A stretch of 63,116 bases of DNA, counting the filler, from Bipalium vagum (taxonomy: Eukaryota): assembly GCA_037834085.1 (NCBI GenBank). It is 3 parts of 3 records of this genome, joined end to end, with 100 filler letters (N's around TTAATTAATTAA, not from the genome) between each part and the next. Parts side by side here need not be neighbours in the genome. Positions count along the whole stretch, not along the records: positions 1 to 22,809 come from JBBMKC010216358.1; positions 22,910 to 44,100 come from JBBMKC010240634.1; 1 more part is not named here. The stretch is one strand, 5' to 3'. Position numbers and translations under genes: made by a program. This document shows, piece after piece, positions 13,643 to 24,099 of the stretch. The first letter of the stretch is position 1. Each line of letters begins with the position of its first letter. The notes under the pieces were generated by a model. The model had not been told where the DNA came from. It was given only the letters and a program-made list of their open reading frames with translations, and searched no databases.

Positions 13643-15457
13643 TATGGTACAATGGATGATGATGATGATGTTAATGTTTTCACTGATTAAAACCGGAGGA
13701 GGATTGATAGCATATGATTCTGCGAATCCGAAATTTGGAAAAATATATTCCCTTATAGACACACAAGAATGCACTTACTTATCATCTAGTAATCTCACAG
13801 CCAAAACATCAGCTTATTATGTCTATCAAGAAGGTGATTACTTCCGTACGCACGCAAAGGAGTGCGAGTAACAGCCGAAACATGTGAAAATGCTTTCCAA
13901 TTTAATAAAATCCGAATAGATGACAAAAAACCCATTGCCGTCAAAGAAAATACGATTACTAGGCAAATAGTTACACGAGGATCAATAAATTATGATGGAA
14001 AATGTGATGGAGAACAGAAAAAGGTATCCGGACAGGACGTCAACGAGGTGGTAGACATAGAGGACTATCAAGTTGAACTACTTACTTATGAAGGAGTATT
14101 TGATGTCATTACTGGACAATTATTATCTAAACCAAGTTGCAATCTAAAAAAGGGATATTGTGTCACGCAAGAAGCAGCATTATTGTATGATAATAATAAA
14201 GATCACTGTAACCTGAGAAGTCTGAAATTGACAAACTTTCATGAAATAACAGGCGTACGACTTAACCCAGCCAGAATAAATATACAAAAATTCCAGAAAA
14301 TTACCGAACAGCCCCGAGGAGAAGTTCTGCTATAGATGAAGCAAAAACACCTACTGTTCTAGTAACAACGGATAGAAAGGAACTAATCCGATTGATTATT
14401 AAGAAACAAGTAGTAAAATGTGGAGTAGCAGTATTTGAAACCAATTATAAAGGAATATACGTCACTAAGGACAGAGTATCAAAACCAATGCCAAAAGATA
14501 GCTCAGACATCAAGATAAATATGTATTTAAATAATAAAATCGATTATCTATATCATGATTTACAGACACAATTAAAGGATGTATATCAAGAGACTATTCT
14601 AAATAACTGCAAATTAGGACGAGAAATATTAAAAAATTGGTTACTTTTAGCCATTAATAATCACGAACTAACATCACCCCTATTAGTACAGGATGGCGGT
14701 TTTGGTTGTAAAATGGGCGAAGCCTTGTACACGTACAAATGCGAGAAAGTAAATGTCCCATTAGCAAAATTCAATGAATGTACTAGTGACTTACCTATTA
14801 TTTATCAAAAGAAACTACGGTTCATTTCCCCATTAACTCGAATAATACTAGAAGTAAATGTGCAGCTTCAAATAGCTATGTGGTCCTATTATATCCCCTT
14901 TATATAATATCGGAGAACAATGGATATCCTTACCACAGAGGAAACCACTAAGAGAAAAAGTACAAACCATAAAGGGAATAGAAATGCAAAATATGGTTGA
15001 GTTTACACCTTTACCTTCTATTAATGAAGGAGAGATATATTCTCCCGAAGACATTGATCAGGTCAGGAAAGTAATACTATTTCCTCAGTCACAAGAGAGA
15101 GGTATAATATAAATGATCACAAAAATTTACAATGCCCAGGAAGGTAAAATGGATTACAACCTATTATTTGGAGCAGACCATTATTTTATACATGCAGCAA
15201 AAAATGTCATCACGTATATTTGGGGAGGTTTTAATACATTTGGTACATGGATTGTCAGATTTTCAGGTGTATACTTCATTTGCCAAATACTAAGAGGAAT
15301 CGGTAGCAGTTTCATGTCAGGTCGTAGTTTACATCACGCACTAGAATGCTCATGGAAACTAATTTTAGCCAGATGCCCACCAATAGCCAATCGAGAACTG
15401 CACAAAAGACATCGAAAAGACATTGATTTATTGAGGAAACAATGCCATTACATGTAA
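13643..15457 (+). pseudogene. Chuvirus-like (Jingchuvirales-type) envelope glycoprotein, frameshifted
   Basis: Signal-like MVQWMMMMMLMFSLIKTGGG then LIAYD..YSLIDTQEC; GSINYDGKCDG; CNLKKGYC; YLNNKIDYLYHDLQTQLKDVY...CKLGREILKN...GEALYTYKC...ECTSDLPI...FISPLTRII; C-terminal TM WGGFNTFGTW...GRSLHHALECSWKLILA. All are characteristic of chuviral-type glycoproteins. Confidence 0.85.
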
Positions 15458-15869
15458 AAACCCATTACCAGAACCTCAAAGCACAGGCATCATCACCATA
15501 GGAAGCATAATAATAGTAACGATGACAATGGATCAATTCTCCCAAAACCTATAATCACAGAACCCAAAGATTACTGACCTAACTGGGATGTAAAGGAACC
15601 AAAAGACATCTACAGTACCACCTCACAAGTTTATAATAAATTTAAGACTAGTATTATCAAGAAAAGGAGAACACCCTCTGTAATTGAACCAATAGAATTT
15701 CAAACACACCAAACTAGCAGCCTAGATAGAATGCCAAACAGATCAACTGTATATCCCCAATCTGAACTAACGAAAATTCGAAAATCCATTCAAGAAAATG
15801 ATGTTATGATGCGTTTAGGAATACCTCAACGTACATCATGCATGGTAATAGATAAACTAGGTCACATAA

Positions 15870-16170
15870 ACGATAACAGACCATATGTCCGTATCAAAAT
15901 AAATAACCATTCTTTATTAGCCTTAATTGACACAGGTTCAACAGCTTCCCTTATTCAAAAATCAATTCTTACACCTAACGAACTACAAAAAATGGATAAT
16001 ACTAATAATGGTGATAGGCATCGGAAATATGCCATATTGTTTAGCAGGCACATTGAAATACTAAATCATCAAATAAGTTGTAACATCAAAGTTGGAGAAG
16101 ACAATGCACATGAATGCGTACTTGGAATGGATATATTGAAACGAATTTCAGATTTAATGCTAATTTTTAC
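15870..16170 (+). pseudogene. Retropepsin aspartic protease copy 1
   Basis: RPYVRIKINNHSLLALIDTGSTASLI...ECVLGMDIL. Confidence 0.9.
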
Positions 16171-16489
16171 CACTGGTGAAGTCTTTGACGAGAATAAAGT
16201 ACTTACACCAAACGAACCCCTAAGCACTAGCACGATAGCTTGCAATGAAAATACCGATTTCACTAGTGAAATTGTAAATAAATCCGATGACATCATTAAC
16301 TTAATTAAGGAAACAATGGATGAAAACACAAACCGTATAAATCAACCTATACCCAATATTTCAACGTGTAATGATAAAATTGTGCAAGATATATTAGCAG
16401 TAGTTTCCAGTATGGGTCATCAATACGCATTTGGATTGAATGAAGATGGAGTATTTGAACAACTATTTACACATTTATCTATTCTTTTT

Positions 16490-17130
16490 ACCATACCCGA
16501 TCAGTATGGAGATACCCCGCTTCACAACGCTATTCTAAAAGGAAATATTAATCAAGCCAGAGATATAATTCGTATAATCAAAGAAAAATACTGGTGGATG
16601 TTGGATCACGAAGACATTTTTGGTCTTACCCCTTTGATTCTAACACCATCATGCGATACACCGATAGGATTAATGCAAACACTAGTAAACTTAGGCTGTA
16701 GAATTGACAAACGTGACAAAATGGGAAAATCTGTTATTGATTATACACTGGATTCGTGTAATGTCGCTGCCTTACGATTTCTTTTAGATAAATTTAAACA
16801 ACATAATCTAGAACAAATAATAAATTGTTACCCAAACAATTATTATTCGCCATTTCAAAATGCCATAATGAAACACTTTATTCCCAGAGTATAAATGTTG
16901 CTCGAACTTAAAAATGAGGCAGGAGATTATATGGTGAAAATAAACGATCAAAACCCGATGAATGGTCAAACAACATTACATATAGCAGTGATAGCTAGTC
17001 ACCCTCATATTTTAAGACTACTACTAGAAAGACCAGATATAAATACTTACATTCAAAACACTACTGGTGATACAGCCTTAGATGTGGCATATAGAATGAA
17101 GGAATTATATACTGCTGAACTAATTCTGGC
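16490..17130 (+). pseudogene. Ankyrin-repeat array 1 (about 5-6 repeats)
   Basis: DQYGDTPLHNAILKGN, FGLTPLIL, DKMGKSVIDY, YSPFQNAI, NGQTTLHIAV, TGDTALDVA. One in-frame stop at 16892-16894. Confidence 0.9.
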
Positions 17131-17319
17131 CCAAGTAAATATTAGACGGATAAATACCCCATCATTAGTCAATCCATGTTGTGTAATTTCACCCTTAAAT
17201 ACCCATAGCGGTGACAATACTAATATTGATCAACCAACTACATTTTAATACCAAAATTAAAATTGACATATTACCCTCTAGCACATCATGTATGATGATG
17301 GACGGATTAGAAGAAGACC

Positions 17320-17630
17320 AAAGGCTATATGTAGTCATGAAGATAAATGAACATATAATGTTAGCATTAATTGATACGGGTTCCCAAACGTCATGCTTAC
17401 ACAGGGAAATTTTAACAGAACAAGAAGAAGATCGTCTCGAATATAACCCTATGGTAGCATACGGAGTAGGAAATACCCCATATTGCCTCACAGGTACATT
17501 AAATTGCACCATACACTTTCTAAACCAAGTATTTGAACATCCGATGTATATTATCGACTCAAATTCCCGTATTCAAATTCACTTATTTAAAAGGATTCCT
17601 AATTTGGTACTAAATTTACGAACAAATAAA
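17320..17630 (+). pseudogene. Retropepsin aspartic protease copy 2 (C-terminal G-M-D motif missing)
   Basis: RLYVVMKINEHIMLALIDTGSQTSCL...YGVGNTPYCLTG. Confidence 0.85.
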
Positions 17631-17979
17631 ATGTATACAGAAAATCCTCAAGAATCAGGCAATGAAAGTTCTTCATCTAGTGGTGCATCTTCAATTCAGT
17701 CATTTGAAGAGACATTTGGAGTTAGAGAAGAAACAGTAGAGGAAATGAGAGAAGAAAACCGCACAAACGAAAACAATACCTTAAACGAATCAAATCGACA
17801 GATAGAAAAACCAGTCATGATAGTTGCATCTATGCATACCACAGCAAACTCAAATATGCATACAAATGCTCTAAGACAATTCTTCACTGATATGTCAAAA
17901 CTAGCTCATTATTTTGCATTTGGAAGGAAGAAACAAAGGAAGAAACTTTCAACGAAATGGCTAGAAAATTACCCGCTTT

Positions 17980-18630
17980 ATTCACAGTCCCTGACAAGTT
18001 CGGTGATACTCCATTGCACAACGCAATTCTGAAAGGAAACTCAGAAGTAGCACTTGAAATAATCGAAATTATAAAAAATAATTTTAAATGGGTTCTTAAT
18101 TTCGAAAACACTTTTGGACATACACCACTCCTAGCAACACCTGCATGTGATGTTTCATTAAATGTAAAAATCAAATTAGTCGAGAGTGGATGTAAAATAG
18201 ACCATTGGGACAAAGCAGGAAAATCAATTATAGACCATGCTTTAGAAGCTAACAATATAAATGCCCTGCGATACATAATGGTACAAATCCAATGCAAACA
18301 CTTACCCCAAATGTTCCACCGATATCGAAACAATGTGCAAACGTCCTTACATTTAGCGGTGTCATTAAATTTTGTAGAAGCAGTAAAGTTAATGATTGAA
18401 CTTAGAGGATATGATAATGAATTCATGATAGACATAAACGAGAGAAAATATTTAAACGATGAAACATTCCTTCATCTTGCAAGCCGTCATGAAGTGAATA
18501 CAGAAACAATTAAAATACTGCTAAAAAGGCCTGATGTGGATTTATTCCATCAAAATATATACGGTCAAACTGCGCTAGACATGGCCCGAGATAAGCAACT
18601 AACAGAAATTATAACCTTACTAGGCGCAGC
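17980..18630 (+). pseudogene. Ankyrin-repeat array 2 (paralog of array 1)
   Basis: DKFGDTPLHNAILKGN, FGHTPLLA, DKAGKSIIDHA, VQTSLHLAV, DETFLHLAS, YGQTALDMA. Confidence 0.92.
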
Positions 18631-18789
18631 CGAATATAACACCATAATTAATATGCAACAAACCCCTCATTGTTTGATCAAATAGACATATTTTCTGATT
18701 TTAATTTTCACCTTGTAACTAGAAATGACAATGATTCACCACCATCTAGTGTAAGTTGTGTACGAAATTCATTCATAACTAACAAAACC

Positions 18790-19400
18790 CGACCCACGAT
18801 TACGATCAGAGTAAATAAACATAGAGTTCTGGCTCTAGTAGATACTGGAGCACAGACATCTCTTATTGATGCTCGCATTTTAAATGCAGAAGAGCAAGCT
18901 GCAGTAAATACATCACCGATATCAGTAATAGGCGTAGATGGTAAATCAGTACCTTTATTAGGAACATGCAGAAGTATCGTTAGAATAATGGGTCACGATA
19001 TAGATCATACATTGAAAGTAATGGAAAAAAATGAACTTGAGTGTATAATCGGCATGGATATTTTATCCAAAATCCCTGGATTAATTCTTGACTTTGCAAC
19101 TCAACAATTAAAATTCTTTCATCCCAAAAGTTGTAAAAATGCTGATCATGTAGCCGTTGTGCTGGACCAAGCCATTATACCCGCCAAGCACAAACAGATA
19201 TGTCTGTTAGCTACTAATTTACCTAATGGGCAAGAAGTGATGTTTGAACCTTCAGAAAAATTCATTAACAGTAGTAATCTCACCACGCAAGCTACGTTAG
19301 CCATTGTGAATCGTAACCGAATCCCCATAAGAATAGCTAATTTTGACATAAAACCAAGAAAAATCCATCCCGGAATGAGAGTGGGAACTATTAACGAATA
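18790..19400 (+). pseudogene. Retropepsin aspartic protease copy 3 (pol-proximal) plus the beta-rich spacer common in gypsy pol
   Basis: RPTITIRVNKHRVLALVDTGAQTSLI...GVDGKSVPLLG...ECIIGMDIL, followed by IIPAKH...VMFEP...IPIRIAN...IHPGMRVGTI. Confidence 0.9.
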
Positions 19401-19501
19401 TGTTCCACACACAGATACCATAACCCAGCAAAAAAGGCATATGAACCAGTACAAGTAACCACATCTACCCTGACAATTATCTAAAAAAACGGTTCGCTCA
19501 A

Positions 19502-20840
19502 TTGTTAAGAATTTACAAAGATGCATTTGCCAAACATGAATTTGACGTAGGAACATCTAACATTTTACAACATGAAATACGTCTCACAAATCCCCAACCT
19601 ATTAAACAACGAGCTTACCGCACCCCACACACCTTAAAAACGGAGGCGGATAAGCAAATAGCTCATTGGCTAGAGACTGGTATCATTAGCCGTAGTTCAT
19701 CACCATGGTCCTCAGCTATGATAATTGTAAAAAAGAAAGGAGGAGAATGGAGAGTGTGTATAGATTACCGAAAATTAAATGAAGTAACCGTAAAGGATAA
19801 CTATTCACTTCCATTAATTGAAGATATGTTTGACAAATTGGGTACAGCTAAGCTGTTTACCACAATTGATTTACAATCAGGATATATGAACATCAAAGTT
19901 GCCGAACAGTCACGAGAAGCCACAGCATTTATAACAGAAAAAGGTTTATATGAGTTCAATAAGATGCCATTCGGTCTTAGAGGAGCACCCGCCACATTTC
20001 AAAGAGCAATGAACCTTATGCTCATGGACATTGCACATGTCATGGTAGACATAGACGACATTATCGTATTTTCCCCTGACTTCGAAGCCCATATGAAGGA
20101 CATGGAGGAAGTATTAAAAAGAATAAAAGTAGCTGGTTTCAAAATTAAACCCAGAAAATGTGAATGGGGAAGAACTCGGTAAAGTATATAGGGCATATAA
20201 TATCTCAAAATGGCATAGAACCTGATCCTGAAATAATAGAGAAAGTAAAAAATGCAATAGCTCCCAAAACGCCCAAGCAAGTACAAATATTTCTCGGTTT
20301 AGCAAACTATTACCGAAGATTTGTCAAAAACTTTGCCAAAATCGCAGCACCTCTAAATAAACTATTAAAAAAGGAACAGACTTTCAAATGGACTACTGAT
20401 CATCAAACGGCCTTTGATCAATTAAAACAATGTTTAATTTCATCACCAATCCTACGATACCCTGATCCCAAAAGACAATTCGAGCTAATGTGTGATGCTA
20501 GCGGAACTGCTATTGGAGCAGTACTAGGACAAAAAGATAATGAAAACAGAGATTACGCAATTGCATACGCCAGCCTTAGCCTTAAACCCCACGAAAGCAT
20601 TATGCGGTAATAGAACTAGAATGTCTAGCAATCATATTCGGAGTTACAAAATTCCGAACCCATTTATGGGGTCGAGAATTTATTGTGCATACCGATCACA
20701 ATCCTTTAGCTTATCTAGAAAAGCACCGAGACACATCATCCCGCCTTATAAGATGGTCACTTAAACTGCAAGAATACAATTATAAAATAATTTATCGAAA
20801 AGGAAAGGCGAATGCAAATGCAGACGCACTATCCAGAATG
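19502..20840 (+). pseudogene. Reverse transcriptase and RNase H (Ty3/gypsy), frameshifted
   Basis: SSSPWSS, WRVCIDYRKLN, IDLQSGY, MPFGLRGAPATFQR, catalytic DIDD (YxDD mutated), YIGHII, FLGLANYYRRFV, CDASGTAIGAVL, TDHNPL, RLIRWSLKLQEY, GKANANADALSR. Confidence 0.96.
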
Positions 20841-21039
20841 CCTGAAGTATGTTTACTGAGTCAGATAAAAAAGCTTAATACCCTTGACGATCTTAAATGA
20901 GTAATAAGCGACGATTCGGAAATACAAAAAATTGACCACTATATAAAAAATCCATCTCTTGCTACAAATACTCCATATGCAAAATTATTAAAAAAATTTT
21001 CATTGGAATGAAGGCTTATTAAAATATAAAGAGCATTTA

Positions 21040-21235
21040 AATTCAGTTATTTTTGTACCAGAAAGTCTACGAGAATCAGTGTTGGTACAGTATCACGATG
21101 GAACACTTGGTGGACACCTATCAAATCGAAAAACCCGTTCCCGTATCAGTCAAAAGTACTACTGGCCAAATATGATTCAAGATATCAAACAATGGTGTAT
21201 CACGTGTAAAATCTGCCAAACACGTAAAACACAGG
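21040..21235 (+). pseudogene. Integrase N-terminal HHCC zinc finger; catalytic core absent
   Basis: YHDGTLGGHLSNRKT...YYWPNMIQDIKQWCITCKICQ, then an abrupt switch to unrelated AT-rich sequence. Confidence 0.9.
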
Positions 21236-21255
21236 AAGAAAATTTTTTGATAATC

Positions 21256-21462
21256 TTAATTCAAAACAATTTTTATATATTTGAATGCTGCTTGAAGAAA
21301 AGCACTTTTAGAAAAAATAATTAAATTATTATAATCAATAAAATTTTGAGTTAATAACATTTTATACAATAATTCTGTTTTTCCTGATCCTGAAAGACCA
21401 ATAATTAACATTCTATTAATAAATATTGTTTGTATGATTATCAATTTGAATTGTGTTATCAT
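21256..21462 (-). pseudogene. Polinton/adintovirus-like A32/FtsK-type packaging ATPase, N-terminal fragment
   Basis: RMLIIGLSGSGKTELLYKMLL..FIDYNNLIIFSKS, a Walker A motif in the typical Polinton ATPase context, next to a penton-like remnant. Confidence 0.75.
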
Positions 21463-21689
21463 CCAAAAAATTTGAACAAAAATTATTATCCATTTTTATA
21501 TTTTTTAAAATATTTTTTTAGTTATACCTGCTTTAAGTGCGACTTCGTCTTAACTCGCAGACAATAGTCTGCTGTGAACTGAAGGTTCATCAAACTTGTT
21601 TAAGGTGTATTGTGAAACAAATTTCTTTTCCATTAAAATCTATTAATTTTCCTTTATCATCAATTATTTTAAATTTAATTTCATTAATT

Positions 21690-22350
21690 TTTTATGTAAT
21701 CAAAGGAAAATAAATTGGAAATTTTGGTCTGTCAATAATTCTGTATCCTTTTCGAACAGTATTTGAAGGAAAATCAAAAATTATGTTAGTTCTTTCTCTA
21801 TTAAAAAATGCTCCTTCAACAATATTACAATCAACCATAATTCTATTTATATTTGAAATATTAACTGGTTTAGATTCATGAATTTTTTTTCAGTTTCAAA
21901 TCCTAAAATGGTAGCTAAAGAATTTTCTTTAGGAAATTGAACAAAACAACCTTTAGATATTTTAATTAGACAATTTAAAGAAATTGGATTTGGTTTTATT
22001 TTTATATAATATAAGAATTTTATATAATATAATATAATATTCTTTCTCTTTTAATGGTTCTAAACTTTTATTATATTTGAATTCATTTTCAATAACTTTT
22101 GACATTTCTTCAATTTCATATGCACCTGGAGTTATATATATTTTATATTTTTAGTTTTTGACTTAAGTTTACTATCTGTAACTTTTACAATTATTTTATT
22201 ATTATTTTCATTAATATTAGAAATTGAATTAAAAGTAGAAAAATAAACTAATGATAATTCATAGTTAAAATTAGAATGAAGAACTAAAGGTGTTTGAAAT
22301 TTAAAAGTAATATCAGAATTTTTACTTTGTACAACAAATGATGTTGAAAA
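21690..22350 (-). pseudogene. Polinton/adintovirus-like minor capsid (penton) remnant
   Basis: Manual translation: SDITFKFQTPLVLHSNFNYELSLVYFSTFNSISNINENNNKI...PGAYEI...NSLATILGF...PVNISNINRIMVDCNIVEGAFFNRERTNIIFDF. Confidence 0.75.
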
Positions 22351-22809
22351 TTTTTGATATTTTTTCTAAACCGACAAAAGAGTTGACTAGACCTTCGGTC
22401 ACTGCTTCCATTTTTAGAGAAAAAATTCAATCAGAAACTAATTCATATTTTTTTATTATTTTATCATAATTTTTTCTTTAATTCTTTATTGCTTTTTTAA
22501 TTTATTTTAAAATTAAATGATTAAGATTATCATGTTCTACTTTTTTAGCTGCTAAATATTTGCTTAAAGTTACAAACTGATCAAGAGAATGTTTTGGTTT
22601 GTAAATTTTATAACCTTCTCCTTCTCTTTATATTTCTTGTTTTTTATTCAATTTCTTTTGAATATTTTTTATATATAATGATTTCATAGATCCTTTAACA
22701 CATTTTGTGAAATCTAAATATAAAATTAAATCTTTATCATTAAATTCTTTTATCCACCGATCATTATAAATATCTGAATAATATTTTCCTTCCAACAAAG
22801 ACTTAAAAC

Positions 22810-22909
22810 NNNNNNNNNNNNNNNNNNNNNNNNNNNNNNNNNNNNNNNNNNNNTTAATTAATTAANNNNNNNNNNNNNNNNNNNNNNNNNNNNNNNNNNN
22901 NNNNNNNNN
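22810..22909. other. Assembly gap / artificial spacer
   Basis: N44-TTAATTAATTAA-N44, exactly 100 nt, identical to the spacer at 44101-44200. Confidence 0.97.
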
Positions 22910-22929
22910 ATACTAGGCTCACAGAAATG

Positions 22930-23800
22930 TGCAATTGATTTATTTTCAATTATTTGTAAAGACTTGTTGTAAAAATACAATTTTGTCTGTTCGAATCCCG
23001 GTGTCTCCAATTTATTTGAACCTAACATATATAATTTTAGAAGAGGCTGATAAATATTTCGCTGGTTTTCATTTACATTTGATTAAAAAAAAATTACGTA
23101 GACAATTTCTACAGTACGTCATATTTTCGAGATTCAATATGGTTTGGTTTTCGAAACAATATGTAGTCTACCATCATCATATAGCAATTTAACAGGTTGT
23201 TTTATTTTTCAATTGTGATTGAATTATGACCATGGCTAGTAATTGTTCCAACAACGAATGATTTAAAAATGCCCTAATATCCCACAAGATGCAGACAAAA
23301 CCATTATGTTTCACATTGGTACATGTTCTAAACACACAATAACCTTATTTGTCTGTGATACTGAAATCTTCTTTAAAAAGTTTGAGCAAAAACGAAAAAA
23401 GATGGATCTATACGGTCTTATAATATTTTGACGTTTTCCTATGAGCTTTTCTACTATGAATAGTTGTGGCATTGTTACACTTTATATCTGCCCTGATACT
23501 TCTTCATAATGGCTATGTTCTTTTGAAATCGTTCACTGTGCTACTCGCTATAGGCTCCAATGTTGCTAGGAAAATAATCCAGATGTGAGTTTAAAATGTG
23601 ATTTTATACTTATTCGGCATACTATAGAACTTGAAAATCTTTGATTATATTCCTGACTAAATTGTCGTGATCGCCCGACTTTCAGTTTCCTAAAACACTA
23701 TGAACTACATAAAAACTACATTCTGATTCATTTTGGAAGAAAAAATTTACGAATTTTACGACCTGTAAAAGTGATCTATTTTATAATTCTTGCAGTTTCT
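22930..23800 (-). mobile_element. Highly degenerate Tc1-like transposase remnant
   Basis: Fragments such as KSGRSRQ and IMVLSA..GILG..FVVGTITS on the minus strand, with many stops. Confidence 0.35.
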
Positions 23801-24099
23801 TGGCATTTTAATAGAATAATAATAAGTGTCATTAATAAAGAATATTTAAACAAATTTTTTAAGTTTTATGATTTTAATTTTTTCAAGATCTAAACTTGTT
23901 ACGATTATAATTTATATACTAAAATTCATGATTTTAAAAGTACTTTCATAAAAATATAGATGTATCACCGATACAAAATTGCTGTAGACCGATGTAAGAG
24001 TTTTTAAAATTTGTTATTCCAGAGACCGGGTAACATATCACAGCCAAGGAAACAATAATTTTATTCCATTTATTGTTTAAAAGCAAAATCTTCTTATGA

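Larger units (their letters stand above)
12557..21235 (+). mobile_element. Decayed giant Ty3/gypsy-like (Metaviridae) retroelement polyprotein: Bcl2-like, envelope GP, PR, ANK, PR, ANK, PR, RT, RH, INT (truncated). No gag or LTRs visible.
   Basis: A chain of adjacent or overlapping same-strand ORFs broken by frameshifts and stops, with a uniform A/C-rich plus strand and no introns. The pol order PR-RT-RH-INT is gypsy-type. Confidence 0.92.

Noticed and set aside
13472-20305. Several minus-strand ORFs overlapping the retroelement (e.g. 17884-18435, 19146-19556)
   Set aside because: Antisense shadows of the + strand polyprotein with no recognisable motifs.
22854-22865. TTAATTAATTAA palindrome inside N runs (also 44145-44156)
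   Set aside because: Identical synthetic 100-nt scaffold spacer, not biological. Adjacency across it is uncertain.
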